A stretch of 64,000 nt of DNA from Camelus ferus (Eukaryota): assembly GCF_009834535.1 (NCBI RefSeq), contig NC_045707.1:46812001-46876000 (forward strand). Reading direction: 5' to 3'. Below the pieces are notes generated by a model. It saw only the letters and a list, made by a program, of their open reading frames with translations. It had not been told where the DNA came from and ran no database searches. Positions 62,179-64,000 of this stretch are shown here, piece by piece. The translations under genes were made by a program, and so were the position numbers. Numbering within the stretch: position 1 is the first letter of the stretch; each line of letters starts with the position of its first letter.

Positions 62179-64000
62179 TTTTTTTTTAACATTTTTTATT
62201 GATTTATAATCATTTTACAAGGTTGTGTCAAATTCCAGTGTTCAGCACAATTTTTCAGTTATTCATGGACATATACACACTCATTGTCACATTTTCTTCT
62301 CTGTGAGTTATCATAACATTTTGTGTATATTTCCCTGTGCTATACAGTGTAGTCTATTCTACAATTTTGAAATCCCAGTCTATCCCTTCCCACCCTCCAC
62401 CCCCCTGGCAACCACAGGTCTGTATTCTCTGTCTGTGAGTCTATTTCTGTCCTTTATTTACGCTTTGTTTTTGTTTGTTTGTTTGTTTTTGTTTTTGTTT
62501 TTTAGATTCCACATATGAGCGATCTCATATGGTATTTTTCTTTCTCTTTCTGGCTTACTTCACTTAGAATGACATTCTCAGGAGCATCCATGTTGCTGCA
62601 AATGGCATTATGTTGTCGGTTTTTATGGCTGAGTAGTATTCCATTGTATAAATATACCACCTCTTCTTTATCCAGTCACCTGTTGATGGACATTTAGGCT
62701 GTTTCCATGTTTTGGCTATTGTAAATAGTGCTGCTATGAACATTGGGGTGCAGGTGTCATCCTGAGGTAGATTTCCTTCTGGATACAAGCCCAGGAGTGG
62801 GATTCCTGGGTCATATGGTAAGTCTATTCCTAGTCTTTTGAGGAATCTCCACACTGTTTTCCATAGTGGCTGCACCAAACTGCATTCCCACCAGCAGTGT
62901 AGGAGGGTTCCCCTTTCTCCACAGCCTCTCCAGCATTTGTCATTTGTGGATTTTTGAATGACGGCCATTCTGACTGGTGTGAGGTGATACCTCATTGTAG
63001 TTTTGATTTGCATTTCTCTGATAATTAGTGATATTGAGCATTTTTTCATGTGCTTTTTGATCATTTGTATGTCTTCCTTGGAGAATTGCTTGTTTAGGTC
63101 TTCTGCCCATTTTTGGATTGGGTTGTTTATTTTTTTCTTATTGAGTCGTATGAGCTGCTTATATATTCTGGAGATCAAGCCTTTGTCGGTTTCACTTGCA
63201 AAAATTTTCTCCCATTCCGTAGGTTTTCTTCTTGTTTTACTTCTGGTTTCCTTTGCTGTGCAGAAGCTTGTAAGTTTCATTAGGTCCCATTTGTTTATTC
63301 TTGTTTTTATTTCTTCTAGGAGAAAATTTTTGAGATGTATGTCAGATAATGTTTTGCCTATGTTTTCCTCTAGGAGGTTTATTGTATCTTGTCTTATGTT
63401 TAAGTCTTTAATCCATTTTGAGTTGATTTTTGTATATGGTGTAAGGGAGTGTTCTAGCTTCATTGTTTTACATGCTGCTGTCCAGTTTTCCCAACACCAT
63501 TTGCTGAAGAGACTGTCTTTATTCCAACGTATATTCTTGCCTCCTTTGTCAAAGATGAGTTGACCAAAAGTTTGTGGGTTCATTTCTGGGCTCTCTATTC
63601 TGTTCCATTGGTCTATATGTCTGTTTTGGTACCAATACCATGCTGTCTTGATGACTGTAGCTCTATAGTATTGTCTGAAGTCTGGGAGAGTTATTCCTCC
63701 AGCCTCTTTCTTTCTCTTCAGTAATGCTTTGGCAATTCTAGGTCTTTGATGGTTCCATATGAATTTTATTATGATTTTTTCTAGTTCTGTGAAATATGTC
63801 CTGGGTAATTGGATAGGGATTGCATTAAATCTGTAGATTGCCTTGGGCAGTGTGACCATTTTAACAATATTGATTCTTCCAATCCAAGAGCATGGAATAT
63901 CTTTCCATTTTTTAAAGTCTTCTTTAATTTCCTTCATCAATGGTTTATAGTTTTCTGTGTATAATTCTTTCACCTCCTTGGTTAGATTTATTCCCAGATA
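62179..64000 (-). mobile_element. Young LINE-1, 3' part (continues past the window end); same subfamily as 25948-33057
   Basis: Near-identical reverse complement of 31237-33045, followed by A9 (T9 at 62179-62187). Confidence 0.97.
62564..64000 (-). CDS. L1 ORF2p C-terminal part (partial; frame open to the window edge; ends early because of a -1 frameshift)
   Basis: [31 protein letters not shown]; one amino acid differs from copy 1 (P vs L in DLPYD[P/L]G). Confidence 0.85.
   Translation of the reverse strand, partial: YLGINLTKEVKELYTENYKPLMKEIKEDFKKWKDIPCSWIGRINIVKMVTLPKAIYRFNAIPIQLPRTYFTELEKIIIKFIWNHQRPRIAKALLKRKKEAGGITLPDFRQYYRATVIKTAWYWYQNRHIDQWNRIESPEMNPQTFGQLIFDKGGKNIRWNKDSLFSKWCWENWTAACKTMKLEHSLTPYTKINSKWIKDLNIRQDTINLLEENIGKTLSDIHLKNFLLEEIKTRINKWDLMKLTSFCTAKETRSKTRRKPTEWEKIFASETDKGLISRIYKQLIRLNKKKINNPIQKWAEDLNKQFSKEDIQMIKKHMKKCSISLIIREMQIKTTMRYHLTPVRMAVIQKSTNDKCWRGCGERGTLLHCWWECSLVQPLWKTVWRFLKRLGIDLPYDPGIPLLGLYPEGNLPQDDTCTPMFIAALFTIAKTWKQPKCPSTGDWIKKRWYIYTMEYYSAIKTDNIMPFAATWMLLRMSF

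Noticed and set aside
1..64000. CRISPR arrays, prokaryotic operons, tRNA/rRNA/snRNA genes, young lineage-specific SINEs
   Set aside because: The sequence is mammalian repeat-rich DNA; I saw no regular repeat-spacer array, structured RNA gene or tRNA-derived young SINE by eye

Overview
Placental-mammal genomic DNA, intronic or intergenic. It is probably camelid: the young L1 3'UTR resembles Vicugna/Camelus L1 as I recall it, which I have not verified by search. I could not recognise any host protein-coding exon, RNA gene or CRISPR array. The window holds a full-length but multiply inactivated young LINE-1 (+, 25948-33057) and the 3' 1.8 kb of a near-identical L1 in the opposite orientation (-, 62179 to window end). 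The rest is a dense fossil layer of MIR, L2, L3/CR1, L1M, MLT1, hAT-Charlie, Tigger2, MADE2 and mariner fragments. Boundaries and subfamily names of old repeats are approximate and come from recalled consensus motifs. I found no convincing new biological system. The best leads are: (i) a 117-codon ORF filling the long L1 inter-ORF spacer and overlapping the ORF2 ATG; (ii) a 1-nt frameshift shared by both L1 copies that removes the last 25 aa of ORF2p; (iii) an L3/CR1 fossil whose RT segment is inverted relative to its flanks; (iv) a few candidate enhancer motif clusters.
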